A program made the translations under genes and the position numbers. A stretch of 64,000 nt of DNA from an uncultured Verrucomicrobiae bacterium (lineage in GTDB: Bacteria; Verrucomicrobiota; Verrucomicrobiia; Opitutales; JABDGR01), in the NCBI GenBank assembly GCA_963765205.1, contig CAVXVB010000009.1:1376001-1440000 (forward strand), given 5' to 3'. The notes beneath the pieces were generated by a model. The model was given only the letters and a program-made list of their open reading frames with translations. It was not told the origin of the DNA and did not search any database. The first letter of the stretch is position 1. Each line of letters opens with the position of its first letter. Below are positions 11,435-21,696 of the stretch, piece after piece.

Positions 11435-12312
11435 TTCTCGCCGCCGTCCAGGCCGCCCCGCCGCTGCCGGCCGCGGAACTCGCGTGCGAAACCGTTTTGG
11501 TGCTCGGCGGATTGGGCGCGCTGTTCTGGCAAATTAGGCGCGCGCGCCGGGTTACGCCGGTGGGCGTCGAACCCTGGTGCACAACGCTGCTGGATTTTGG
11601 CATCTGGCTTTGGGTGGTGTGTTTTGCCATTTATGCGGGGGGTAATGTGCTGCGCTTCGTCCATCCGGCCGTTAACAGTCCGCAGCCCACCAAAATGCAG
11701 GTGTTGCTGCTGGCCAGCGCGTTTCAATTGTCCGCGCTCTTTGCGCAGGTGGTCCTGTTGCGCATGAAGCGGCCGTTTTCTCCTCTGCCACTCAACTTCG
11801 CGCGGCCGCCCGCCGGGCGCGTATTGGGCGAAGCCACCCTGGCCTGGCTCGCGGCCTATCCGCTGCTGGCCGTCGCCTCGCTGGTCTGGCAAATCATGAT
11901 CAAACTGGTGCAAAAAATGTGGGTCAACCTGCCCACTCCGCCGCAAGAGGCGGTCAAAATGCTCGCTCAATCGAGCCGTTTCCGCGAAACCGCGCTGCTG
12001 GTTTTTTTCGCCGTGTTGGTCGCCCCGGTGACGGAGGAGCTTTTTTTTCGCGCGGGCCTTTATCGCTTTCTGAAAAGCCGGCTGCCGGCGTCCGGCGCGG
12101 TGGCCGCGGCCAGTTTTTTGTTTGCACTATCCCATTTTAACCTGGAGTCTTTCCTGCCCCTGTTTGTCCTCGGCTGGCTGCTTACGCGGCTTTATGAGCG
12201 CACGGGCCACATTGCCGCGCCTATTTTGTTTCACGCTCTCTTCAATCTGGCCACTATCCTGCTCATTCTGCTATTTCCCGATTCGTCCCTTCCGCTCCAT
12301 TCCTCGCCATGA
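11431..12312 (+). CDS. CPBP (CAAX/Abi) family intramembrane glutamic protease
   Basis: APVTEELFFRAG, FALSH, HALFN. Confidence 0.9.
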   Translation: MILAAVQAAPPLPAAELACETVLVLGGLGALFWQIRRARRVTPVGVEPWCTTLLDFGIWLWVVCFAIYAGGNVLRFVHPAVNSPQPTKMQVLLLASAFQLSALFAQVVLLRMKRPFSPLPLNFARPPAGRVLGEATLAWLAAYPLLAVASLVWQIMIKLVQKMWVNLPTPPQEAVKMLAQSSRFRETALLVFFAVLVAPVTEELFFRAGLYRFLKSRLPASGAVAAASFLFALSHFNLESFLPLFVLGWLLTRLYERTGHIAAPILFHALFNLATILLILLFPDSSLPLHSSP

Positions 12313-13295
12313 AACCCTTTAGCCAACAACCGGCCGAAACCGTGGCCGCCCTGCGGGAAATCGCCTTGCTCCGCGCCATCCGCGACTGGCTGGGCACCGC
12401 CTCCCCACCCTCGCCCCACGGCATGGGCGACGACTGCGCCGTGCTCGACGTGGCCGGCGCGGACTCCGTGCTTGCCACCACCGACGGCGTCGTTTACGGA
12501 CGGCACTTCGATGACATCGCGCCACCCGCCGCCGTGGGCGCAAAATTGCTTGACCGCAACCTGAGCGACATCGCCGCTATGGGCGGCACACCCAAGCACG
12601 CCCTCGTGCATCTAATCATCGGGCGCGATCTGACGACCGCCTGGCTCAAGGAATTTTACACCGGCCTCGCCAAGGGCTGCCAGGAATATGGCGTGACCCT
12701 CGCCGGCGGCGGCACCGCGCAGGGGCCGGATGGCGTGTTTGCGGCAGATTTGACGCTGCTGGGTATCCCTGGGCCGAAACTCCTGTTGCGCACCGGTGCG
12801 GAAATCGGCGACGCCATTTTTGTGACTGGCGAACTCGGTGGGAGCCTTCTCGGCAAACATCTCGATTTCACCCCGCGCCTCGCCGAAGGTCATTGGCTGG
12901 CGAAGCAAACAGGCACGCGTGGCGTAATTGATGTCACTGATGGATTGGCCAAGGATTTGCCGGAAATATTGCCTCCGGGTGCGGACGCCCGCCTCGACGC
13001 CGCGGCCCTACCCATCGCCGCCGCCGCCACGACCCTCGCCGCACGCGATGGCGTCCCCGCCCTGATTCACGCGCTCACCGACGGCGAAGATTACGAGCTG
13101 CTTTTTGCCGTGGATAGCCAGACGGATTTGCATGCTTTTGTCAGCCGCTGGCGGGAGGTGCTCAAGACACCACTCACTCAAATCGGCGTCATCGCCCCGG
13201 CTCAGGACAAACGGCGCGACCGCCAGTTGCGCGACAGCGCCACCGGCAAACCCCTCTTGCCCCCGGGCCAACGTGGTTTCGAGCACTTGCGGTAA
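12309..13295 (+). CDS. thiL: Thiamine-phosphate kinase
   Basis: GDDCAV, NLSDIAAMGG, IDVTDGL, GEDYELLF. Confidence 0.92.
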   Translation: MKPFSQQPAETVAALREIALLRAIRDWLGTASPPSPHGMGDDCAVLDVAGADSVLATTDGVVYGRHFDDIAPPAAVGAKLLDRNLSDIAAMGGTPKHALVHLIIGRDLTTAWLKEFYTGLAKGCQEYGVTLAGGGTAQGPDGVFAADLTLLGIPGPKLLLRTGAEIGDAIFVTGELGGSLLGKHLDFTPRLAEGHWLAKQTGTRGVIDVTDGLAKDLPEILPPGADARLDAAALPIAAAATTLAARDGVPALIHALTDGEDYELLFAVDSQTDLHAFVSRWREVLKTPLTQIGVIAPAQDKRRDRQLRDSATGKPLLPPGQRGFEHLR

Positions 13296-13326
13296 TTGCG
13301 ATATTTCCCTGACCGCCCAAATTTAA

Positions 13327-13639
13327 TCACAATCCCAACCACCCCCGCAAACATTCGTCAAGACGCCGCTGATCCACTCCAGACAATTTGCCAACCTTTT
13401 TAACCACCAATCGCTCTTCCACGGTGGCGATTTGGGCTTTAACGCCGCAGGCCACATTTAGGCCGGCTTGGCGCCATTCTTGCAGGGCAAAATCGGTGTT
13501 GGCCAGTTGGGACGAAATTGGGAACCAAAAATAAATCCAACCCCTGTCGTCCAATTACCACCGCCGGCCGAACCTTGCGGCTCGTGAGGTCGGTAAAAGG
13601 TATTGGCAGCAGGACAACATCATTTCGAGAGCAACTCAT
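13327..13639 (-). CDS. PemK/MazF family toxin (frameshift near 13525)
   Basis: DVVLLPIPFTDLTSRKVRPAVV N-terminus; C-terminus in the frame of 13327-13554. Confidence 0.85.
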
Positions 13640-13835
13640 TGAAAACCTCGTCCTCGGAATTGTCCCAGGCTTTCAGCAGGGCGCTTTCGGAAAGCTTTAA
13701 CCAATCCGAACGGGCTGCGTCTACCACCACACGGGTGTCAATCGTCACCCGCACCCTGGACTTTTCGGGCAAAGGCAACGCCTGCGGCAAGGTAAGTTTG
13801 CCTTGCTCATAAATTGCTTCCACTGTCGTGGTCAT
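13620..13835 (-). CDS. Antitoxin, DUF104/AF2212-like family
   Basis: TVEAIYEQGKLTLPQALPLPEKSRVRVTI and AWDNSEDEVFNELL tail; overlaps the toxin start. Confidence 0.8.
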   Translation of the reverse strand: MTTTVEAIYEQGKLTLPQALPLPEKSRVRVTIDTRVVVDAARSDWLKLSESALLKAWDNSEDEVFNELLSK

Positions 13836-13946
13836 GGGTGAAACTTACTCGCTTCCGGCGACTCTGGCAAGTAGAAGATTTTTCCGCCTCACTTTCCTCT
13901 TTGCCTCCTTGGCGATAATTGCCGTAAGAATACCGGCACTTTTTAT

Positions 13947-14582
13947 ATGAACATCGCTTCGCTCCGCCGCGAATACACCCAGGCCGGCCTCGACCGCAAC
14001 GACCTCGCCCCCGACCCTTCGGCGCAATTCCACCTTTGGTTCGAGCAAGCCATGCGCGCGGGCCTTACCGAACCGAACGCCATGACGCTCGCCACCGTGG
14101 GCGCGGACGGACGACCAAGTGCGCGCATTGTTTTGCTCAAGGCGTTTGACTCACGCGGCCTCGCGTTTTTCACAAATTTCGAGAGCCGCAAGGCCCGCGA
14201 CATCGCCGCCCACGCACAGGTGGCGCTGCATTTTGCGTGGCTTGATTTGGAACGGCAGGTGTCGGTCGAAGGCGCAGCAGCAAAGGTGAGCGCCAAAGAA
14301 TCGGCGGAGTATTTCGCCAAACGGCCCTATGGCAACCAGCTCGGTGCCTGGGTCTCGGCGCAAAGCAGCGTCATCATCACCCGCGTCGAAATGGAAAAAA
14401 AACTGGAAGGCCTGAAAGACCGCCACCCCGAAGGCCAAGTGCCCCCGCCGCCGTTTTGGGGCGGCTTTCGTGTCGTGCCCGACGCCTGGGAATTCTGGCA
14501 GGGCCGGCCCAACCGCCTGCACGACCGCTTCCGCTACCGGCGCGAAAAAGATGCCTGGGTCATCGAACGCCTCGCGCCGTAA
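13947..14582 (+). CDS. pdxH: Pyridoxine/pyridoxamine 5'-phosphate oxidase
   Basis: PNAMTLAT, RIVLLK, EFWQGRPNRLHDRFRY. Confidence 0.96.
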   Translation: MNIASLRREYTQAGLDRNDLAPDPSAQFHLWFEQAMRAGLTEPNAMTLATVGADGRPSARIVLLKAFDSRGLAFFTNFESRKARDIAAHAQVALHFAWLDLERQVSVEGAAAKVSAKESAEYFAKRPYGNQLGAWVSAQSSVIITRVEMEKKLEGLKDRHPEGQVPPPPFWGGFRVVPDAWEFWQGRPNRLHDRFRYRREKDAWVIERLAP

Positions 14583-14685
14583 ACAATATAATTTACTGCG
14601 GATTGCCTGGATTATTTCAGCGGCGTATCATCACTTAATATTTTATCCTATCTTTCTCATCCGTGGTCAAAAAACCTCCTTCACC

Positions 14686-15798
14686 ATGAACCCCGTTCGA
14701 CTGGGCATCATCGGCATGGGCCACATGGGCGCCGTGCATGCGCGCCACCTGCGGGAAGGGAAAATTGCGCGCGTGCAACTTACTGCTGTGTGCGACCTCC
14801 GCCCGGAAAGGCTTCCCCCTTTTGCGCCCGCGCGGCCCTTCACCGACGCCGCCGCGCTGCTCACCTCGGGCCAAGTGGACGCCGTGCTCATCACGACGCC
14901 GCACTTCGAACATACGACGCTGGGCATCGCGGCCCTCAACGCTGGCTTGCACGTGCTCGTCGAGAAACCAATTTCTGCGCACAAAGCCGACGCCCTGCGC
15001 CTGCTGGCCGCGCACAAAAATCCCCGCCAAATTTTTGCGGCCATGTTCAACCAGCGCACCGACCCGCGCTACCGGATGTTGCGCCAGTTGCTCCGCGCTG
15101 GCGAACTCGGCGCGGTCCGGCGCATTAATTGGACCCTCACGGACTGGTTTCGCACCCAGGCTTATTACAATTCCGGCGGCTGGCGCGCGACGTGGGCCGG
15201 CGAAGGCGGCGGCGTGCTGCTCAACCAAAGCCCGCACCCGCTCGATTTGTGGTGGTGGCTCTTTGGCCAGCCCGCCCAAGTGCGCGCCTTTTGCCAGTTC
15301 GGGCGTTTTCATAAAATCGAAGTCGAAGACAGCGTCACCGCTATCTTTGAATACGCTGACGGCGCGCAGGGTGTTTTTATCACGACGACGGGCGAGGCGC
15401 CCGGCGCCAACCGCCTCGAAATCGCCACGGAGCGCGGCCAAATCCTCATCGAAGGCCTGCACCTGAAATGGACGCGCACCGACGCGCCCGTTTCGGAATG
15501 GTGCGCGACCCACCCGCAGGCCTTTGCCGCCCCGCCGACCACCCAGCGCAACACCGCGTTTGCCAGCACCGGCGGCCAGCACGTCGAAATTTTGCAGAAT
15601 TTCGTGGACGCGATCCTCGACGGCGCGCCGCTCATTGCACCCGCCGCCGAAGGCCTCCATTCGATTGAACTCGCCAATGCGATGTTGTATTCGACCTTTG
15701 TTAACGACACCGTGACGCTGCCCCTCGATGCCGTCTCCTACGAAACCGCGTTGCGGGAAAAAATCGCCGCCAGCAAATTACCCCCCTTCCCGCCATGA
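14686..15798 (+). CDS. Gfo/Idh/MocA family oxidoreductase
   Basis: GIIGMGHMG, HVLVEKP, GGGVLLNQSPHPLD. Confidence 0.92.
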   Translation: MNPVRLGIIGMGHMGAVHARHLREGKIARVQLTAVCDLRPERLPPFAPARPFTDAAALLTSGQVDAVLITTPHFEHTTLGIAALNAGLHVLVEKPISAHKADALRLLAAHKNPRQIFAAMFNQRTDPRYRMLRQLLRAGELGAVRRINWTLTDWFRTQAYYNSGGWRATWAGEGGGVLLNQSPHPLDLWWWLFGQPAQVRAFCQFGRFHKIEVEDSVTAIFEYADGAQGVFITTTGEAPGANRLEIATERGQILIEGLHLKWTRTDAPVSEWCATHPQAFAAPPTTQRNTAFASTGGQHVEILQNFVDAILDGAPLIAPAAEGLHSIELANAMLYSTFVNDTVTLPLDAVSYETALREKIAASKLPPFPP

Positions 15799-16878
15799 GC
15801 GCCTCAGCAGGCCACACTTACGCCCCCGTGGGCAAGCCCCGGCCCGTCGTGCCGCCCGGCGAATTTATTTTCGCCGCCGCGTATTACGACCACGGGCATA
15901 TCCACGGCCAAATCAACGGCCTCACCGAGGCCGGTGGCACGCTGAAATATGTTTACGACCCCGACCCCGCACGTTGCGCCGCCACCCTGCAAAAATTTCC
16001 CGGCGCAACATTGGCCGACTCCTTCGAGCGCATCCTCGACGACCCCGCCGTGCGGCTGGTAACCGCCGCCGCCGTGCCGAGCGAACGCTGCGCCCTCGGC
16101 CTGCGCGTCCTCGCCGCGGGCAAAGATTATTTCACGGACAAATGCCCTTTCACCACCCTCGAGCAACTGGCCGCGGCCCGTGCGCGCCGTGCGCCGCACG
16201 CAGCGTAAATACATGGTGTATTACAGCGAACGGCTGCATATTGAATCGGCCTGGCACGCGGGTGTACTCGTGCGCCAAGGCGCGGTGGGCCGCGTGCTGC
16301 AAGTGCTGCTGCTCGCGCCGCACCGCCTCTCGAAAGCCAACCGCCCTGCCTGGTTTTTCGACAAGGCCCAATACGGCGGCATCATCACCGACATCGGCTC
16401 GCACCAATTCGAGCAGTTCCTCGCCTTCACCGGCGCCCGCGCCGGCCGGGTCAATTTCGCGCGCGTGGATAATTTTGCCAATCTGGATAAACCGGGCTTC
16501 GAGGACTTCGGCGAAGCCGCGCTGACGCTCGACACCGGCGCGTCTTGCTATTGCCGGCTGGACTGGTTTACGCCCGCCGGTTCGCACGGCTGGGGCGACG
16601 GGCGCCTCTTCGTCCTCGGCACGGACGGCATGCTCGAAGTCCGCAAATACATGGAAATCGGACAGCCCGACCAGCAGGATAAAATCTATCTCGTGGACGG
16701 CTCCGGCGAGCAAGTGATTGATTGCCGCGGGAAAATCGGCTTCCCCTTTTTCGGACAATTCATCCTCGACGTGCTTAACCGCACCGAAAACGCCATGACC
16801 CAGGAGCACGCCTTCCTCGCCGCCGAGCTTTCTCTGCAGGCCCAGAAAATCGCGGATGACCTGCGCCTGATGCGTTAG
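15795..16878 (+). CDS. Gfo/Idh/MocA family oxidoreductase (frameshift near 16190)
   Basis: DHGHIHG, GKDYFTDKCP, then YYSERL and YGGIITDIGSHQ in the second frame. Confidence 0.88.
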
Positions 16879-16978
16879 TATCCCTCCTTGTCGGTTGACG
16901 CAAAGAATGGGTAACAACATACTTGACGCAGTGAACGCTAACCAACCATACACCGGGCCAATAGCCGCGTTGCGACGG

Positions 16979-17122
16979 CTAGACCCGCTTTTTCAAGGCC
17001 CGCTTCTGGGCCTTGAGGAGCTTGGCGCGGGCGTCGGCGGCCGCCTTGGGGACGGAAATCACGCGGCGCGCAAGCTCGCGGAAGCGGTCAAACGCTTCGT
17101 TCGTGGGTTGCGCTTTGGTCAT
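16979..17122 (-). CDS. 47-aa basic protein (FDRFRELARRVISVPK type), element passenger; absent from the ORF track
   Basis: MTKAQPTNEAFDRFRELARRVISVPKAAADARAKLLKAQKRALKKRV*. Confidence 0.65.
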   Translation of the reverse strand: MTKAQPTNEAFDRFRELARRVISVPKAAADARAKLLKAQKRALKKRV

Positions 17123-17131
17123 GGGAAAGAG

Positions 17132-17575
17132 CTAGTTCTCATCATGCTCTTCATTATGAGGCCCAGTGGCACGAAAATCCAAAGGGGCGTCAGCATCGGG
17201 AATAAATACATAGCAGAAATCAAAAACATGGCGATGTCCGTAAGTATCGCTATAGTGAATTTCTCCAATCATAAAAACCGAGTTTTTTTTGAGAAAATCT
17301 TCGCTGAATGTGATTTTGTCGGCGTGACTCAGTGCATTGGCCTCTTGCCCTGGCGCAAGGATTCCCACCGCCTCCAAACCCGACCCGCTTGGATTGAGCT
17401 TGGAACTAATGGCATAATTAGCATTTTCCGGCAATGCACCGACTTTTTCGCCGTCTTTGATTGGAGCAGAATAATATCCCGTTCGCACGTCAACGTTATA
17501 CGCATTTGTTTGCCCAAAATTTTTAATTTTCACAATAAATCCCATGATATTAACCTCTGTATCGTTATCAGGGAT
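17132..17575 (-). pseudogene. 5'-truncated hypothetical passenger gene
   Basis: KNFGQTNAYNV...MIGEIHYSDTYGHRHVFDFCY; abuts the transposase N-terminal stub. Confidence 0.55.
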
Positions 17576-17634
17576 TCACCAAAGAACTTAACCGCTTCCA
17601 TAAGCGCTTCCGGGGAGTGAATCTCTGCATTCAT
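17575..17634 (-). pseudogene. N-terminal stub of an IS1595-like transposase
   Basis: MNAEIHSPEALMEAVKFFGE starts ~60 bp inside the IR and resembles the 'PxTLxEAIxYFxD' start of such transposases. Confidence 0.55.
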
Positions 17635-17717
17635 TAAGTATATCATGAATTAAGTTAGTATATCATGAATTAATACTGTGTCAAGTATATTATTGCCAAA
17701 GAATGCTCCCCGCCTAA

Positions 17718-17829
17718 TGTTTAACTCTTAACGCTCAATTGAGAATACTCCTGCCAAGGATGTCGGGAGGAAACCTTGGTCGTCTCGAAACCTGAGCGTT
17801 GAGCTTTAAAAGTTAAACGTTGAGCGTTC
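17718..17829. repeat. Inverted heptamer-arm element (AACGCTC/TTAACGT family)
   Basis: ttaactcttaacgctcaa ... tgagcgttgagctttaaaagttaaacgttgagcgtt; same family at 49478-49602 and 60970-61096. Confidence 0.75.
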
Positions 17830-17972
17830 GGGCACGTCGGCTAGGCAACATGCATGAAATTCGGTGATCCTGCGCTCCGCGCCCACACGCCAAATCCCAC
17901 GCCGTCGCGCGCACGCCGCGCCGACCACGTTCCATATAACTGGCCCAAACGGGCCGCGTCGGCCCGCCCGGC

Positions 17973-18071
17973 TCAACCCCACAAGCGCTTCTTGTGACGA
18001 TTCGCCTTGGAGCGTTTGCGGCGCTTGTGCTTGTTCATTTTCAAGCGGCGCTTTTTCTTGAGGTTACCCAT
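17973..18071 (-). CDS. AURKAIP1/COX24-domain small basic protein (bS22/mS38-like ribosomal protein), 32 aa; absent from the ORF track
   Basis: [32 protein letters not shown]. Confidence 0.85.
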   Translation of the reverse strand: MGNLKKKRRLKMNKHKRRKRSKANRHKKRLWG

Positions 18072-18172
18072 GGGAATAATAGGAGCTAAGGCCGCCACCA
18101 TTGCGCAGCCGGGGCGTGGTGTAAAGGACGATTTTTCAACCGAAGGCCGGTGCGCCGGCTCGGGAAAAGCAC

Positions 18173-18200
18173 CCGCCCGCCGCGCAAGCGCGGCGGGCGG
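18173..18200. terminator. GC-rich hairpin, probable terminator after the SWIB gene
   Basis: ccgcccgccgcgc-aa-gcgcggcgggcgg with T tracts nearby on both strands. Confidence 0.6.
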
Positions 18201-18233
18201 ATAAACTTTTAGCAGCTAGACCGGACTCCAGAT

Positions 18234-18500
18234 TTACTTGAGGTGGGTGGACACCAGCTTGGTCATCTCGAACATGCTGACCTTGGCTTTGCCATTAAAC
18301 ACCGCTTTGAGGGCGGCGTCGGCATTGATGTCGCGCTTGTTCTTTTTGTCTTGGAGACCATTCTTCTTGATGTAAATCCAGAGCTTTTTAGTCAGCTCGG
18401 TACGCGGAAGGGGCGTGGCGCCCACGACCGCGGCAAGTTTCTCGTCCGGGGTGACCGGCTTCATGAAGGCAGAATTTTTGGCTGGTTTTTTAGTAGGCAT
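18234..18500 (-). CDS. Stand-alone SWIB/MDM2 domain protein
   Basis: AFMKPVTP..LAAVVG..PLPRTELTKKLWIYIKKNGLQD..NKRDINAD. Confidence 0.93.
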   Translation of the reverse strand: MPTKKPAKNSAFMKPVTPDEKLAAVVGATPLPRTELTKKLWIYIKKNGLQDKKNKRDINADAALKAVFNGKAKVSMFEMTKLVSTHLK

Positions 18501-18660
18501 ACGCGGACATTCAAGAGGGCGTGCCGCAGGGTTGCAACATTAATTTCACAATTATTTCCGAGGGAAATGCCCCCCAAAAACACCCTGCTTTTCTTCGAGT
18601 GGAGGTTAAAAACGGCCTAAAACTACCCGTTGATAATTATCACCCCATAATTGTAAGGAG

Positions 18661-18732
<72 letters not shown>

Positions 18733-18862
18733 GTGCACCCCGCCCGGCGGCGGGGGAAACCAAAGAGTAAAGCACGCCCCCGCGCCGCCGTCAAGAACTC
18801 GACACCGATGCGGATGATTCGTCGCTTGCCTTCCCAAGCGGATCTTCAATGCTCTAATCGCT

Positions 18863-19565
18863 ATGCACACCCTCTGGCCGGCGGCGGACCGTGGGCGCTT
18901 CCAGCTCGACTGGCTGGACTCGCGCCACACCTTTTCCTTTGGCGATTTTTACGACCCGGCGAAAATGAGCTGGCGTTATCTGCGCGTGCTCAATGACGAC
19001 CGCATCGGACCCCAGCGGCGGCTTCCCGCTCCACCCGCACCGCGACATGGAAATTTTTTCCTACGTCACCGAGGGCGCCCTCGCCCATCGTGACTCGCTG
19101 GGCAATACCGCGCAGATTACCCCCGGCCGCGTGCAATTGATGAGCGCCGGCACCGGCGTCCGCCACAGCGAATTCAATCCCTCGCCCACCGCGCCCACGC
19201 GCCTCCTGCAAATCTGGTTTCTCCCGAAAGCTCCCGGCGGCGCGCCGGGCTATCAGGAACTCGACTTCACCAATCCCGAGCGCGCCAACCGCCTAAAACT
19301 CCTCGCCGACCCCAAGGGCAGCGGCGGCGCCCTGACCATTCGCCAGGAACGTCCAAATTTTTACCGCGACCCTCCAAAAAGGAAAATCCCTGCCCCTGCC
19401 CTTGTCCGCCCGGCAAGGCGGCTGGCTGCAACTGGTGGACGGCGCGCTCATCCTTGAACCCCTCGGCGCAAAAATCGCCCCGGGCGATGGCTGCGCCCTC
19501 GAAGGCGAACCCAAACTCTCCGCCCGCGCCACGGCCGACAGCGAATTCCTTTGGTTTGTGTTTGA
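18863..19565 (+). CDS. Pirin family protein (YhhW-like; two apparent frameshifts)
   Basis: WLDSRHTFSFG, LRVLNDDRI, HPHRDMEI, HRDSLGN, MSAGTGVRHSE, LLQIW. Confidence 0.9.
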
Positions 19566-19603
19566 TTGAAGTTTTTTCCATCTTCCTTTTTCCATTTTCC
19601 ATC

Positions 19604-20671
19604 ATGCCTGTTTACACCCCCCCGCCCTTCCTCGTTGACTTGCTCGAAGCCCGTTCGCCCACCGGCTCGGAATTCGAAGCACAGACCGTGGTGGACCGCT
19701 ACCTGCGGCCCGCCGCCGACCTCTATGAAAAGGACGCGCTGGGCAACCGCCTCGCTACCCTCAATCCCGCCGGCAACCCCTGCCTCCTCCTCGCCGGGCA
19801 CATGGACGAATTGGGCCTCATCATTAAATTCGTGGACAAGGACGGCTTCCTTTATTTCGACACCCTCGGCGGCCACGACCGCGGCGTCATCTCCGGCCGA
19901 CGCGTGCGCATCCTCACCAAGGACGGCGTGGTCAAGGGCGTCACCGGCAAGCGCGCCATCCATTTAATGAACCAGAAGGAACGCGACGCTCTGCCGGAAA
20001 TCCACCAAATCTGGATTGATATCGGCGCCAAGAATCGCAAGGACACCCTCAAGCGCGTGCGCCTGGGCGACCCCGCCGTTTACGATGTCGGCTTTGAATT
20101 GCTGCACGGCAGCGTCGGCGCGGCCCGCGCGTTTGACAACAAAGCCGGCTGCTACGTCGTCGCCGAAACCCTACGCCGGCTCGCCGAGCGCCGCAAAAAA
20201 CTCAAAGCCAAGGTCGTCGCCGTGGCCACGACCCAGGAGGAAATCGGCACGCGCGGCGCCATCACCGCCGGTTACGCCGTCAACCCGGATATCGCCATCG
20301 CCGTGGACGTGTCCCACGCCACCGACGCGCCGGACTCCGACCACAAGCGCTTCGGCGAATACAAACTCGGCGGCGGCCCCATCCTCGCGCGCGGGCCCAA
20401 CATCAACCCGCTGGTGTTCGACCGCCTGGTCGCCTGCGCCGACGAGCAAAAGATTCCCTATCAGATCGAAACCGAATCCATGCCCACCGGCACCGACGCG
20501 CGCGCCCTGCAAATGGCGCGCGCCGGCGTCGCCACCGGCCTGGTCGGCATCCCCCTGCGCTACATGCACACGCCCTCCGAAGTCGTGGACCTCGAGGACA
20601 TCGAAAAATGCGTGCGCCTCCTCGAAGCCCTCGCCCTCAGCCTCCAGCCCGGCGAAAAGATGCATTTTTAG
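19604..20671 (+). CDS. M42 family aminopeptidase
   Basis: AGHMDELG, AFDNKAG, QEEIGTRGA, AVDVSHA, GTDA, LRYMHTP. Confidence 0.93.
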   Translation: MPVYTPPPFLVDLLEARSPTGSEFEAQTVVDRYLRPAADLYEKDALGNRLATLNPAGNPCLLLAGHMDELGLIIKFVDKDGFLYFDTLGGHDRGVISGRRVRILTKDGVVKGVTGKRAIHLMNQKERDALPEIHQIWIDIGAKNRKDTLKRVRLGDPAVYDVGFELLHGSVGAARAFDNKAGCYVVAETLRRLAERRKKLKAKVVAVATTQEEIGTRGAITAGYAVNPDIAIAVDVSHATDAPDSDHKRFGEYKLGGGPILARGPNINPLVFDRLVACADEQKIPYQIETESMPTGTDARALQMARAGVATGLVGIPLRYMHTPSEVVDLEDIEKCVRLLEALALSLQPGEKMHF

Positions 20672-20673
20672 GC

Positions 20674-20685
20674 TTGTCCGGACAA
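20674..20685. promoter_or_regulatory. Palindrome upstream of the TA operon, candidate antitoxin operator
   Basis: Perfect 12-bp palindrome TTGTCCGGACAA. Confidence 0.55.
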
Positions 20686-20721
20686 TGTGTGCATGCTAGT
20701 TTTGGCGGCGCGAAAGACCCC

Positions 20722-21000
20722 ATGCCTGTCCTCGACCAGATCAAAAGCGAACGGATTGACATCCGCGCCACCGCCACGGCGAAGCGCATCCTTAATGCGG
20801 CCGCCGCGGCCAGCCATAAAAACTTGAGCGATTTTCTCCTCGAATCCGGATTGGTGGCGGCCGAACAGGCGCTGGCGGATCGCCGGGTGTTCGCCTTGGA
20901 CGAAAGGGATTGGAAAGCGTTTCAGGCGGCGCTGGACCGTCCGATCAAGGCTAAATCACGTCTGAAAAAGCTGCTCACCCGGCCGGACGTTCTCGGATAA
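20722..21000 (+). CDS. DUF1778 (TacA/AtaR-like) RHH antitoxin
   Basis: KSERIDIRAT...AAAASHKNLSDFLLES..AEQALADRRVFALD..W.AFQAALDRP. Confidence 0.92.
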   Translation: MPVLDQIKSERIDIRATATAKRILNAAAAASHKNLSDFLLESGLVAAEQALADRRVFALDERDWKAFQAALDRPIKAKSRLKKLLTRPDVLG

Positions 21001-21016
21001 TCGAAACTAACCCGGC

Positions 21017-21523
21017 ATGGCTGCCCCACTTTCATCCGTTGAGAAACTCAGCGCGAAGCATGATGCCGCTGGCTTCGACTGCGGGGAAGACGCGCTGAAC
21101 AGCTACCTCAAAAAATTTGCCTACGTCAATCAGCAGGGCGATGCCGCGCAAACCTATGTGGTGTGCCGCGTCCGCCAAATTGTGGGGTTTTACAGTCTTG
21201 CCACCGGCTCGGTGTTGCCCGCGCTGGCGCCCGCCCGCGTGGTCAAGGGCTTGGCCCCCCATCCGGTCCCTGTAATGATCCTGACCCGTTTGGCGGTGAC
21301 CTGCTCCGAACAAGGCCGCGGCCTGGGCCAGGCCCTGCTTAAAGACGCCCTGCTGCGCACAGTGCAGGCTGCCGACCTGGCCGGCATCCATGCCCTGCTG
21401 GTTCACGCCAAGAACGAGCGGGCGCGCGACTGGTATCTCCAATTTGATTTCGAACCCAGCCCCACCGACCCTCTCCACCTGTTTCTCTTGATGAAGGACA
21501 TCCGCGCCACACTAGGCCGGTAA
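21017..21523 (+). CDS. GNAT acetyltransferase toxin (TacT/AtaT-like)
   Basis: FDCGEDALNSYL, PVPVMILTRLAV..QGRGLG..LLKDA, LVHAK..ARDWY. Confidence 0.92.
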   Translation: MAAPLSSVEKLSAKHDAAGFDCGEDALNSYLKKFAYVNQQGDAAQTYVVCRVRQIVGFYSLATGSVLPALAPARVVKGLAPHPVPVMILTRLAVTCSEQGRGLGQALLKDALLRTVQAADLAGIHALLVHAKNERARDWYLQFDFEPSPTDPLHLFLLMKDIRATLGR

Positions 21524-21572
21524 CCGACTGCAAATAATGCTTCGACGATCTTGCTTTTAAGCCTTAAAGCGA

Positions 21573-21671
21573 TTCACCGCAAAGCCACAAAGAACGCAAA
21601 GGAGGATCAACGGCCGACTGGCTCACTTATCGTTTTGGTGGTCTTTGCGATCTTTGCGCCTTTGCGGTGAA
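21573..21671. repeat. Inverted-arm 9-mer element (TTCACCGCAAAG family)
   Basis: ttcaccgcaaagccacaaagaacgcaaag ... ctttgcgatctttgcgcctttgcggtgaa. Confidence 0.85.
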
Positions 21672-21696
21672 AATGAGTGTTCAAACAAAATCGGGC

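Larger units (their letters stand above)
16910..17697 (-). mobile_element. Non-autonomous IS1595-like element with passenger genes (transposase deleted)
   Basis: 23-bp imperfect IR (19/23) GGTAACAACATACTTGACGCAGT / ACTGTGTCAAGTATATTATTGCC; 8-bp direct repeat AAAGAATG at 16902-16909 and 17698-17705; AT-rich. Confidence 0.85.
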
